A DNA stretch of 64,000 nucleotides from Paragordius varius (GCA_964247055.1 OZ176055.1:8370001-8434000); one strand, 5' to 3'; shown: positions 13,455 to 25,840, counted from the stretch's first letter. Program-made: numbers and translations. The notes: generated by a model not told the origin, from the sequence alone.

Positions 13455-16400
13455 ATGGGAAGGACTAAAAAATGTGTTTGCGCATGTGATAGAAAACACA
13501 ATAAGGGTATGATTGAAATTTTGCCCAGAATTTTTTTGGGTGACTTAACCGCGGCGAAAAATACAGATAAATTGAAAAAATTGGAAATTAATCACATTCT
13601 TACAATCGGTATTAATGTTTTTTAAAGTGAATAAGATACACATCCACTACCGTCCAGATTTACCAATGACTTTCATTACAAATTTATATGCGCTCAGGAT
13701 TCTATAACACAAAACCTGCTAAGTTTTTTCGATGAATGTTATGAATTTATTGAAAAAGGATCTGAAAGTATGGAAGGAAATTCTAATTCTATATTAATTC
13801 ATTGGTATGAAATTATCTTTATTACAGCAATCAGGGTATATCACGTAGCTCAACCATATTAATTGCCTATATAATGAAAAAAGAAAAGATAACCGCCGAT
13901 GAAAGTTATTTAAAAGTTTTAGCAAAAAAGAATGTATGGTTAGTCTATTTAATTATTTAGCCCAAATAACGGTTTTTTACACCAGCTAAAGCTATACGAA
14001 CGGCTTGGATGCGTCCTTAATTCTAATGATCGTTCATTTAGAGCTTACCGATTAAATCAATTTGCCAAAAATATGATAGAAACATACTCATTTTTTGGTA
14101 GTTAAATTATTTTTCTAAACTTGTAGTAATATTACCTAAGTTTTTGTATCAAAAAGGCTTATATTTTTATAAATAATTATATTATTTTTTTAATTTTTCC
14201 ATCAAACCCAATTCGATACGATTAAAGAAATTTATAATTTAGAATATGTTACCAATCTACAGCTCTATCCCATTTTACATCTCAAAATAAGAGTATATTG
14301 TTAGAAATATGGTTGTTTTTATATTTTTAATTTTTACTGTAATAATATGTTTTTTTCTAGACACAAACGATTTCCCTCATCTCCTTTTTGGGACGGATCC
14401 CTTACACAATTTAGAAACGGAAAGTGTGGAAACATCAACCCAAATTTACAAGTGTCGACAATGCAGGTTTCCATACATATTACAGTATGCATTTTAATGT
14501 ATGTTAAGTAATTTTATTGCCTGCCAAATAACATAAATGGTTTATCAAAAGCGTAAAATACCGACCCACGAAATTATTTCGTAGTACACATATGAAAGAA
14601 GATTGACGTGAGAATTAACATAGGCTTTAATTTGATGGATATTTTGTAATGTTAAATTTTGAGAATATTATAGCAAATTATGTTAACATTTGTAATATTG
14701 TTGTTACGTATTTAGATGCAGAATTTTGTGGGTTTTTATCTTTGATAAATTAATAAATAGTAAAATACGTATTTTAAGATTTTTAATGTTAATTATTCCT
14801 AAATTTAATAATAAATATTTTTCAAGATGCTAAATACGTGTATTAATGAATATTGGTATTATAATTTTATATAGTTGTTACTACTAATTAAAAAACACAG
14901 GTAAATATATTTGTAAAAATTTAAGTAGATTTTAGATTTTTGTCTTTTATGTTTTGGTTAATTATTAATAATTTTTAAGTATTTCAGACATTTTAATCAG
15001 GTAAAAATTGCGGTTTTTAACAAATTTAGTAAAAATTTAGTTTTGTTTTTTTAGGTTTTGCATTGTTTATTGTAATTAATACTACATATTTTGGACATTT
15101 TAATAAATACAGGTAAAAATTGCGGTTTTAAATAACTTTAGTAAAAATTTAGTTTTTTTGTTTTTTTATGTTTTGCATTGTTAATTGTAATTAATTACTA
15201 CATATTTTGGACATTATAATTAATACAGGTAAAAATTGCGGTTTTTAACAAAATTAGTAAAAATAAGTTTTTTTTGTTTTTTTATGTTTTGCATTATTAA
15301 TTTTAATTAATTACTACATATTTTGGACATTATAATAAATACAAAAATTGCGGTTTTTAACAAATTTAGTAAAAATTTAGTTTTTTTTGGTTTTTTAGGT
15401 TTTGCATTTTTAATTGTAATTAATTACTACATATTTCGGACATTATAATAAATACAGATAAAATTGCGGTTGTTTATATATTTGGTATTATTGTTTTTTA
15501 TTTAACATTGTTAATCGTAATTAATTCCTACATATTTGGAAATTTTAATAACAGGTGGAAATGGCGGTTTTTAACGAATTTCAAATTTAACATTTTTTGT
15601 ATTTTGTATCATTGTTATTTAATTAATTACTAAATATTTTGGACATTTAAAAAACTGGTGTAAATTGCGGTTTTTAATAAATTAAAATACAGGTAAAAAT
15701 TACTATGATTTGCGGTTTTTTAAAATATTATTTTTTTGTTTTACATTGATAACTAATATATTAAATAGAGTTAACATATCTGAGCAGGTAAAAATGCATG
15801 TTACGGTTTTATGTTTGACATTTTATTTTCCAAATCAACTATTTATATTTTACAAACACCTTGTCACCAAAGATTGAAAATAAGATCAAGATATATAAAA
15901 CATCTTTTAAAGTATCTGAATATCGCCAAATATAAATAAATTCATTTGAATTATAAATGTATAATTATACAAAATATTCATAATATTATGTTTAAAATTA
16001 GCATTCTTCTTATTGATATTAATACAGGTAATTTCTTTCTAATATTGATATATGATGCGGTGTGCGTTCATGATGATCATATCTTTGGTAGATTCTATCA
16101 ACTAAAATATAAGATAGAAAGGTATTTATTAATATATTAGAAAATGGATACCTGATTCTAGAAGTATTTTCAACATAATTTAAAATATTAGGGGCTAAAA
16201 CATTCAAAGTTTGAAAGGAAACTAAATAAGGTTGACTTGGCTTTTTAACAACTAAATTTGAAAAAATTATTTTCTTCATGATAAAAAATTAAAAAATGAT
16301 ACTTTTGTTTTTGCATTTTCGTTCTACCATCCCAAACTATAAATATGAAAAGGCTTATATGATTTCACCAATGACGTCAAATAGAAAATAGAAACAAATA

Positions 16401-19400
16401 TTTTTTTTCAAAAGCTTTGAATGCAACAGCACTCCAAAAACTAAGCAGGCAACACTATGATTGCTTTGGTGAAGGATTTCATATTTATAGTTTAAGATAA
16501 ACGAAAACGCAAAAACATAAAGTATCATTTTTGAACTTTTTATCATGAAGAAAATATTTTTTTGCAAATTTAGTTGTTAAAAAGCCAAGTCAACCTTATC
16601 TAGTTCCCTTTCAAAATTTAAATGTTTTTGCTTAGTTCCCTTTCAAACTTTGAATGTTTTAGCCCCTAATATTTAAAATTATGTTGAAAATACTTCTAGA
16701 ATCAGGTATCAATTTTCTAATATATTAATAAATACCTTCTATCTTATATTTTAGTTGATAGAATCTACCAAAGATATGATCATCATGAACGCACACCGCA
16801 TCGTATATCAATATTAGAAAGAAATTACCTGTATTAATATCAATAAGAAGAATGCTAATTTTAAACATAATATTATGAATATTTTGTATAATTATACATT
16901 TATAATTCAAATGAATTTATTTATATTTGGCGATATTCAGATACTTTAAAAGATGTTTTATATATCTTGATCTTATTTTCAATCTTTGGTGACAAGGTGT
17001 TTGTAAAATATAAATAGTTGATTTGGAAAATAAAATGTCAAACATAAAACCGTAACATGCATTTTTACCTGCTCAGATATGTTAACTCTATTTAATATAT
17101 TAGTTATCAATGTAAAACAAAAAAATAATATTTTAAAAAACCGCAAATCATAGTAATTTTTACCTGTATTTTAATTTATTAAAAACCGCAATTTACACCA
17201 GTTTTTTAAATGTCCAAAATATTTAGTAATTAATTAAATAACAATGATACAAAATACTAAAAATGTTAAATTTGAAATTCGTTAAAAACCGCCATTTTCA
17301 CCTGTAATTATTAAAATTTCCAAATATGTAGGAATTAATTACGATTAACAATGTTAAATAAAAAAACAATAATACCAAATATATAAACAACCGCAATTTT
17401 ATCTGTATTTATTATAATGTCCGAAATATGTAGTAATTAATTACAATTAAAAATGCAAAACATAAAAAACCAAAAAAAACTAAATTTTTACTAAATTTGT
17501 TAAAAACCGCAATTTTTGTATTTATTATAATGTCCAAAATATGTAGTAATTAATTAAAATTAATAATGCAAAACATAAAAAAACAAAAAAAACTTATTTT
17601 TACTAATTTTGTTAAAAACCGCAATTTTTACCTGTATTAATTATAATGTCCAAAATATGTAGTAATTAATTACAATTAACAATGCAAAACTTAAAAAACC
17701 AAAAAAACTAAATTTTTACTAAAGTTATTTAAAACCGCAATTTTTACCTGTATTTATTAAAATGTCCAAAATATGTAGTATTAATTACAATAAACAATGC
17801 AAAACCTAAAAAAACAAAACTAAATTTTTACTAAATTTGTTAAAAACCGCAATTTTTACCTGATTAAAATGTCTGAAATACTTAAAAATTATTAATAATT
17901 AACCAAAACATAAAAGACAAAAATCTAAAATCTACTTAAATTTTTACAAATATATTTACCTGTGTTTTTTAATTAGTAGTAACAACTATATAAAATTATA
18001 ATACCAATATTCATTAATACACGTATTTAGCATCTTGAAAAATATTTATTATTAAATTTAGGAATAATTAACATTAAAAATCTTAAAATACGTATTTTAC
18101 TATTTATTAATTTATCAAAGATAAAAACCCTCAAAATTCCGCATCTAAATACGTAACAACAATATTACAAATGTTAACATAATTTGCTATAATATTCTCA
18201 AAATTTAACATTACAAAATATCCATCAAATTAAAGCCTATGTTAATTCTCACGTCAATCTTCTTTCATATGTGTACTACGAAATAATTTCGTGGGTCAGT
18301 ATTTTACGCTTTTGATAAACCATTTATGTTATTTGTCAGGCAATAAAATTACTTAACATACATTAAAATGCATACTCTATTTTAACTTTTATTATAGGCG
18401 GGACCTGTTTTACGACACTAGTGTTTTGTATCATACAAAGGGATTGGGATATTTGAAATTTAAATACGATGATATCTCACCACCAGGTAATAATTTAATG
18501 TCCATATTTATTACAAATTTTTAGAAAGGCATTTCTTTAAATGCCAATGATTAGTTAAAAAATAGATAATAATCCAAAAAATATGTAATACCCAAAATTA
18601 TTTTTTCATTTAATCATAAATTGTATACACGATTTATCGACATTATTGTAATTAATGTTGGGTCTGACTAGTTCTTACGTGATAGTTATCGCCTAAATAC
18701 AGGGGTGTCAAACACACACATATTAGCGGCTGATTTGATAATTTTTAGTTTTTTTTATTTTGAGTCGAAAAATCGTAAATTTTGATTGAAATAACATTTT
18801 TTAGGCGACTTTTGCGCAGTGAAAAGTGTGTCGGACATCCCTGGCCTAAATTAACAGCCTTGTGTGCATGATGATCAACATTAGATTTAATTTTATTTAA
18901 AAAGCGGTGCGAAGTAGGGCAAACCACATATACTGAAATTGATACTGCTACCGATTTAACTAAAATTTATAATTTGGAATTGTAAACAATGAGTTATATT
19001 TTAAAAAAATCAAAATATACAAAGTTTTTTAATTTTAAATTTTTTTGTTAAATTTTTATTGTGTGAATTATGAACGCCTTGTTTGACTTTAATTCTGTAG
19101 ATACTGGCCAACAAAGTGAGGATGAAAAAGTTTGCAAACAATTTTTATTCATCGAACCCGTAACTTGGATGCGAGATCAAATTAGTCAAATTTCAGGGAA
19201 ATTACATTGCCCCAAATGCCAAGCTAAAATAGGCACATACAATTGGTCAGGTTAGTTATTATCTTAATTCTAGGCATCTTAATAGATGAATGTTTATTTC
19301 GATTAATTCATCTTCGATTTTTGTAAAAACCTAAAATAATTTCTATGTTTACTATTTATGCAAGTTTATTAAATAATGTAAATTATAAAAATGTAAATGC

Positions 19401-19544
19401 ACCTGTATAACACAGTAAAAAACAAAAAAAACAGTTAATAAAATGGACATAATCATATAAAAATTAAATTTTAATGATTTTTTAAATAATTTACGATATT
19501 GCCTTTGTTTTTTCCATTAATATTTATTGTTTCTCATTTTCTCT

Positions 19545-19595
<51 letters not shown>

Positions 19596-19686
19596 TTATA
19601 AAGGGGAAGTTTGCGGTTGTAAAACGTGGATTACACCATCGTTCAATATCCAAAATGCCAAAATAGATAGGAATACTGTATCTTAA
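13455..19686 (+). CDS. DUSP12: Dual-specificity phosphatase 12 / YVH1 with C-terminal zinc-binding domain, multi-exon
   Basis: MIEILPRIFLGD; active-site HCNQGISRS (rebuilt across a 23-nt intron); PNNGFLHQLKLYE; YKCRQCRR; FIEPVTWM; GKLHCPKCQAKIGTYNWSGEVCGCKTWITPSF; stop 19684-19686. Start may be 13455 or 13509. Confidence 0.95.
14483..18377. mobile_element. 3.9-kb foldback DNA element with about 1.87-kb inverted arms and TA target-site duplication, inside a DUSP12 intron
   Basis: Left arm 14483-16350 is the near-exact reverse complement of 16477-18377 (few substitutions, one 33-bp duplication in the right arm); 126-bp spacer; termini TA|CAGTATGCATT... and ...AATGCATACTC|TA; no coding capacity seen. 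Confidence 0.93.
14990..15720 (+). repeat. About 115-bp tandem subrepeats within the left foldback arm (mirror copy near 17100-17870)
   Basis: Recurrent caggtaaaaattgcggtttttaac...ttttggacatt units, roughly 6-7 diverging copies. Confidence 0.85.
18700..18843. mobile_element. hAT-type MITE in a DUSP12 intron
   Basis: Ends caggggtgtcaaacac / gtgtcggacatccctg; flanked by gcctaaat on both sides (8-bp TSD-like, one extra base on the left). Confidence 0.65.
19551..19593. repeat. (TA)n microsatellite; similar tracts near 9197-9225, 46165-46203, 46819-46867 and 63602-63627
   Basis: Direct dinucleotide run. Confidence 0.95.
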
Positions 19687-19725
19687 CACATCAATACCTC
19701 ATTCACTTGTGCAAAATCATTATCA

Positions 19726-20658
19726 TTATGTAACAAATTCTTGTTTCGATATAAACTGTAAATTTTGACCTTTAATGAAATTTTTAATTTTATTTTTATC
19801 GTGATATTCGAGTTGCTTTAACGGAGCCCTGGGGTAACCACCAACTAAACCTAAAACATTTAGGGCGTGTTTAAGTCCAGGTATACCAAAAGGCTTTAAA
19901 AATTCATTAACTTCCACAATCTTTCTATTGGTGTGTTTTAGTTGAGTGTCTAAAGATTCATCAGATATGCTTTTATTGCAAGTAATCAAAGTCTCATATA
20001 ATTGACATAATTCGGCTGGCATAATATTTGCCAAGTTACATATGGATCCTGAGCTAATACTTAACCTTAGGCTTGGATATAACATACTTGCGGAACCAAC
20101 TAAAACGGTAAACGGATTCACTAAGCTATGATTCAATTGCATAAGTTTAACAATATTTGGGTCACATTCCTTCATACCCACTATATTTGTATGACGGCTT
20201 AACTCCATTAAAATTTTAAGGGATAAATTAATGTTCGTATGTACGGGCATATTGTATATAATTAACGGGAAACAATTATCAGCTATTTGTGAGTAATGAT
20301 TGATTATTAAGGCATCCGACATGGATTTATAATAATGTGATGGTAAGATAAGAATATAATCAGATCCGTTATCTAAACATTTTTTTGATAAATCTATAGT
20401 GTTTTTGGTTCCCTCGGAACCAGAACCAGATATTAATATTTTTTTAGTATGACTTCTTGTAAATTTAAGTATGTCTAATTTTTCGCATTCGTTAAGATAA
20501 ACAGATTCTCCTGTGGTCCCAAATAACACATATCCTGACAGGTTAAATCGTTCAAACACGGATAAATTTTTTAGCAAACCATCATAATCTATTTTTCCGT
20601 GCGAATAAAAGGGTATAACCAAAGGATTAAAAATACCTTTTAGTTGCAATGCTTTCAT
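19726..20658 (-). CDS. HOGA1: 4-hydroxy-2-oxoglutarate aldolase-like (DHDPS/NAL family class I aldolase), single coding exon, 310 aa
   Basis: GIF..L..PF, GTTGES, GSGSEGT, HY..IAD, IIYNMP, Schiff-base Lys in IVGMKE, GSA, LAN, FGIPGLK, GG.PRAPL all align with the HOGA1 layout. Confidence 0.85.
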   Translation of the reverse strand: MKALQLKGIFNPLVIPFYSHGKIDYDGLLKNLSVFERFNLSGYVLFGTTGESVYLNECEKLDILKFTRSHTKKILISGSGSEGTKNTIDLSKKCLDNGSDYILILPSHYYKSMSDALIINHYSQIADNCFPLIIYNMPVHTNINLSLKILMELSRHTNIVGMKECDPNIVKLMQLNHSLVNPFTVLVGSASMLYPSLRLSISSGSICNLANIMPAELCQLYETLITCNKSISDESLDTQLKHTNRKIVEVNEFLKPFGIPGLKHALNVLGLVGGYPRAPLKQLEYHDKNKIKNFIKGQNLQFISKQEFVT

Positions 20659-21241
20659 GTGCTAAAAACATTTTAAGGTAATAACATGTGGTTTAAAATA
20701 AAAATTTTTATCCTTGTCTAATTTAACTGAGTGTTTGTAAATATATATATATTATTCTTTAATCGAACTATGTTAAAATTTATACACATATAAACTATTA
20801 TCTAATTTTTCTGCGAGAGATTTTATACGCAAAAGACGGGATCAATAGCCAAATGGTACCAAAATGCTCAATAATATTTTTCGGGTAGAAGAATTTGTTA
20901 ATAAAAAAACTAGGATGATAGATATATTTGATTCAAATTATATAAAAAATATAAAAGAAAATTTTGGAAGTTATTTATACGCTAAGCATAACACCGCGTC
21001 CAAAATCGAGTGTTTTAAAAAACCTGATGTTACATATTGTATTAAATCGAGAAACCGTAAAACAATAATATTTATTGAGATAAAATGCAAAATCTCAACT
21101 ATATAAAGTTTGCGATGTTTATATACTTTTTGTGAATATAATATTTACATATTAAACCAAGGTAAAATAACGTGTGCAGGTTAAATACAAAATTGATACA
21201 ATAGTTTAACTCATATATAAGTCATCAAAAATGTATTCAAA

Positions 21242-22740
21242 TGTAATATATAAATTGGTCTCGTCTAAGGTTATCTAACTTGATGTATTCTAATCTATCC
21301 CTCCTTATCCAAATCCGAGCCGATCTGGTGCTTTTCTTTCCCTAAGAGGATATCTCCTTTCAGGTTCTTTTTCAGTTGTCTTTGCTCTTCTTATTTCAAC
21401 TATGGTGTCTTTCTCGTGTTCTTTTTCTTTGCTTGGTTCCTTCCCCACCTCCCGATTATTGGTTGTCACCCCTTCAACTGTTTGGTTTATCGTTAAATTA
21501 TCATCCTCCTCTTCGCCGTTCTCGACTCCGGTCGGCCGTAATTGATGCGAAGTGTTCGATTTCCATCTTTAACCGTGTACGAGAGTACCCCTGTTCTCTC
21601 CAAAATTATACCTTTTCTCCACCCTGAATTGATTTCATTCTTTATGTACACTTCTTCGCCCGGTCTAAAAACTTGATTGGGTATTATACCGTTTTCTAAT
21701 TGTTGTTCGGGTGTTTCCCTGACCCAAGAGGAGGGGGAATTAATATGTCTTTTCAGAAATAAGTTATACGGGCACTCTTTTGTGGCGCTATGTACGGCGG
21801 AGCGATGACCCCGTAATACTTGATTTATTTTTTTGTCGAGAGTCAGCTTAGAATCGGTTAGCGATTTATAGTGTGCTTCTAAGGTGTAAATGACCCGTTC
21901 CACCAGCCCATTTGTTCGTGGATGATAGGGGGCACTAGTGACATGTTTGATGTTTGCTCGTTGCAAGGTATCTTTAAAATCCTTCGATGCAAAATATGAT
22001 GCATTATCGGTAACTATATTTCGGGGAAACCCGAACCTTACACACCAAATTTCTAACCAATGTAATATGTTTGCAGAATTAACTGTTCTTAGCAATTCGA
22101 CTTCAACCCATCTGGAGCTACTATCGATAGCTACTAACCAATACAACCCATCTATAGGACCGGCAATATCAAGATGTATCCTTTCCCAGATACCCGTATT
22201 AAAATTCCATTTGTACGTTGGATTACTTTTTATGTTACTCCGGTTTAACTGACACCCAATACAAGATCTCACATAACTTTCAATGTCTTGGTTTATACCT
22301 GGCCAATAAACCCTAGTAGCCCCCGAATGTCCAACATGCAAAAATTTTAACGTTTCATTTCGTAACGCCCTGGGAATAAACAGACGATCGCCCCAATACA
22401 ACAAACCATATGATTCTTGTATTTCGTTTCTTATACTCAATATCGAATTTAAAATTGGAGCTGACCAATCATTATGATGTAGAGCCGCTTTTAATGTCAT
22501 CATCATCCCGTAAAGTATTTTCTTTCATTCGCTGTACGCTTAAGTTGTCAGTTGTTAGAAAGTTATTTGACTGGATGCTTGCTCCTCAACTTCCTCAGTC
22601 GGTTCTTCATACGGTAGACGAATACCAATCCGCTATATTTTCCGAGCCATTAATATATTGTATAGTAAAATCATAATCGGCTGTTCTGAGTATCTATCTT
22701 ACAAATCTGCTATTGTTAATATTACTTAGATCTCTCTTAA
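21242..22740 (-). mobile_element. Degenerate Ty3/Gypsy LTR-retrotransposon pol fragment (end of RNase H plus integrase)
   Basis: ORF 21493-22506 has LHxGH..YWP..CxxC zinc finger, WERIHLDIAGP, VTDNASYF and PYHPRTNGLVER (DDE core); upstream YDFTIQYINGSENIADWYS interrupted by stops; no paired LTRs found. Confidence 0.9.
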
Positions 22741-23379
22741 AGCCAAACAACTTAATTAGGGGTTTTATAGATATATTTTGATAGGAAAATGTAACAGGAT
22801 TATCATAATACATTTGGTTTTGGCCCTTATGAGTGACTTATGAAAGTAATTTAAGCTTTTCTTGTAATTGCTCCATAACAGAAAATGGCAATGTCCACAT
22901 TTAAGCAAACTTTTTTTTGAAAAATAACAGGGTCTATTCCGAAAAAATATCAGTAAAGTATGTCATATATTACATAAAAGCAAAACAAAATAATTTTTTA
23001 GATGTTACTCCCATATTTCTAAAATGGGCTAGTCCACTTAAAATTAACGCAAAAATGCCGTGATGCGCGGTAAGAATTTTATACATATGCTAAATTTTAA
23101 TATCATTTAAAAATAGTTTTTACAGAAATAGAAACTTTTTCAAAAATTTAATATTTAGCAGAATTTCGTTGTAGCGTACTTTTTTTATTTTAAATTATGA
23201 TATGTTTTTTCGATATTAAAGGGTATACAAAAACATGATGAAATATATACACTGTGTGAAAAAAGATTTGTAAAAATTTTTTTTTATGAGTATATGATCA
23301 GCGAATTCATTTGCCGCAAAAATATTTATTTGTTAACGACCTAGTTATTAAAACAGTGTTGAAAGAAAATCAAAATAGG

Positions 23380-24260
23380 GCAAAAGGTGAAAATTAAGAA
23401 TAATTAAAAAAATAATCATAAAACTTGAGATATTATGGTTTATTATCGATTTAGCAGATTTTTAGAATTTATTAGCATAACATAAGATTTTTATAAAAAT
23501 TCAGGTAAAAAAATCACGTTTTTCTATTATCGTGCTAAGACAATAAAATTTTTATGAAACTATATTGAAATAATATTTTTAAATTTTTCTCTAACTAAAC
23601 TCACCATAAAATCTTAACATTTGTATTTTATTCAGTAAAAAACTTATATATAATAAAATAAAACAAAAATATTCTTTTTATTTTTTTTCATTTTTTGTCA
23701 TCTGGTTTATGAGTGTATCAAAAATTTACTGTTTTACTCAGTAATCTTACATGAGCGGTGTGTGTAAATTTATGCGAAAGAGGATTTAGAAGTAGTGGAT
23801 AATCAACCAGCAATACGTTATCCCTGTAATAGGTTTATTTTAACATAAATTAATATATTTTTACGGATTTTTGGTTGCTATTCCACTACTTTTAAATCCT
23901 ATTTTTTAATTTATATACTTTATAACGCTCAGTAAGATTCCAAAATAAACAGATTTTTTATAAAACAGATGATAAAATGAAAAAATAAAATATTTTTTAG
24001 TTTTATATTGATTAAGTTTTTTAGTGAATAAAATATCAATGTTAAGATAATAATGAGTAAGCTAGTAATTTTAATATAGTTTCATAAAAAATTTTGTCTT
24101 TTTAGTACCTTAAGTAAAACGCGATTTGACCTAAATTATCATAAAACCCTAACTACTATTATAAATTGTAAATATATCCAAAAATGATATAAATCAGGAT
24201 ATCCCAAGTTTCATTCTTTTTTTAATTATACTCAATTATCCTTAATTTTCACTTTTTGCC
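23380..24260. repeat. Old, diverged foldback (arms about 23380-23830 and 23850-24260)
   Basis: aggatttagaagtagtggataatcaacc pairs with ggttgctattccactacttttaaatcct; gggcaaaaggtgaaaattaag pairs with cttaattttcactttttgccc. Confidence 0.7.
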
Positions 24261-25016
24261 CAATTATGACTTTCTCCAATATTTCAAAAACAAGGTCTTT
24301 ACAAATAAAATTTTTGCAGCAAATGAATACGCTGTTCAAAAAAAATTTTAAAATTAACCCTATTTTTGCATCCGAAAGGGTATCAGAAATCTCATGGTGC
24401 TTTAGGTTTTGGGACTTACGAGTGATTTTAAGAAAGTTATTTACACTTTTGTGATAAGTGCTCCATATCAAAAAATGGCAAAATTTGAGCACATTTTTGT
24501 AATAAAATTTTTCCTGATGAAAGCTAAATGCGTCATTCCAACAAATTATTATTAAAATATATGATAAACTATCTATAAATAAACAATATTTTTATGCAAT
24601 TTTTAGATTCCCATTTTTTTGCTTTTTTAAAACGGGTTAATTCTTTTAAAATAATCGCAAAAATGCCGCGGTTGCCCAATAAAATTTTTAAATATATGCT
24701 TTTTAACATCAAAAAAATATTTTTTAAAAAATTTATACTTTTTACAAAAATTTAATATTTATCAAAATTTGTTAAGTGTCTGTCTTTTTTTAGTCTAAAG
24801 GCGTTTTTTACCGTTTCCATTATGCCTAAGGTGACCAGATTTTTTTAAGGAAAAAGCGGAACAAATCTGAGAGGGGGGTCATTGGGGGGTACAACCAATA
24901 ATTTTTATACAAAAGATTATTGTAATATTTATTTATTTTTAACACAAATACATTATAAAAATAAAAAATTTGTACCTTACAGGTTGTTTGTACCTTATTC
25001 ATTAAATTTACATGTG

Positions 25017-25790
25017 CACGAACAAAGGGTGAAGTGATTGTAATATTCTAGAAAAGAATAATAAAGACGAAATCATCACAAAGTGCGCTGGGTGATGCAA
25101 GAAGCGGCACAAAAAATATTTTCACAATTTAGCGAATAATCTTAATTAAACATTATTGGCAGATACACAACGCTATTCAGACAGCTACTGATTTGTTAAC
25201 CCTGGATGTAGAAAATATAGATGTTAAAATGCTTGGATATTGTAGAACTGTTGGTTAGCTCTTTTGCCAGGGATTGAAATATTTATAAAAATGTGATATC
25301 CTAGAATCCTATTTTTTATCACAGGACAAAGGTCAAAATTCCAAGTCAAAAAAGGTTAGAAAATATACCATTACCTAATCGCAATATTATAAAACATCCA
25401 GAAAAACAAGGCTCAATGAATATCCAGAATATAAAAATGTTTTATACAAACAGAGACGATTATTTGGAAGACAAGACGGTGCACAATGACACTTTTTATT
25501 AAATTTCATTATTAAATAAATATATTGAATGAAAACTTAAATTATGGACAACAGAAAAAACGTAGGATAGAAATGGTTAAAATAATCATTTTTAAACAAA
25601 TTATGTTCCATACAAAAATATTTTAATTATAAAATTTGCATTACCTTTACCTGAACCACTGCTATTGAACGCGTTTTTCCACAGTAAATTAAGTAAGGAC
25701 ACGAAATCAAATTTAAATGTTGAATAAAAACCATTTTATGTGTTCAAATATAATTTGGCACATTATGAAGACTTATACAATATTTTAAGT
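25017..25790 (+). pseudogene. Second, more decayed and deleted transposase relic in inverted orientation inside the same hAT
   Basis: atacacaacgctattcagacagctactgatttgttaaccctggatgtagaaaat and gaacgcgtttttccacagtaaat correspond to the minus-strand transposase sequence. Confidence 0.75.
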
Positions 25791-25840
25791 AATTTTGTTT
25801 ATTTTTTAACAAAAAAACTTTATAATTATAAGAAAATATT

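Noticed and set aside
14990-15720. Regularly spaced repeats as a possible CRISPR array
   Set aside because: Whole units including the spacers are homologous, the context is eukaryotic and there are no cas genes
15946-16910. Mirror-image ORFs 15946-16140 (+) and 16725-16910 (-), plus 16019-16279 and 16355-16567
   Set aside because: By-products of the palindrome; AT-biased peptides with no motif, located inside an intron
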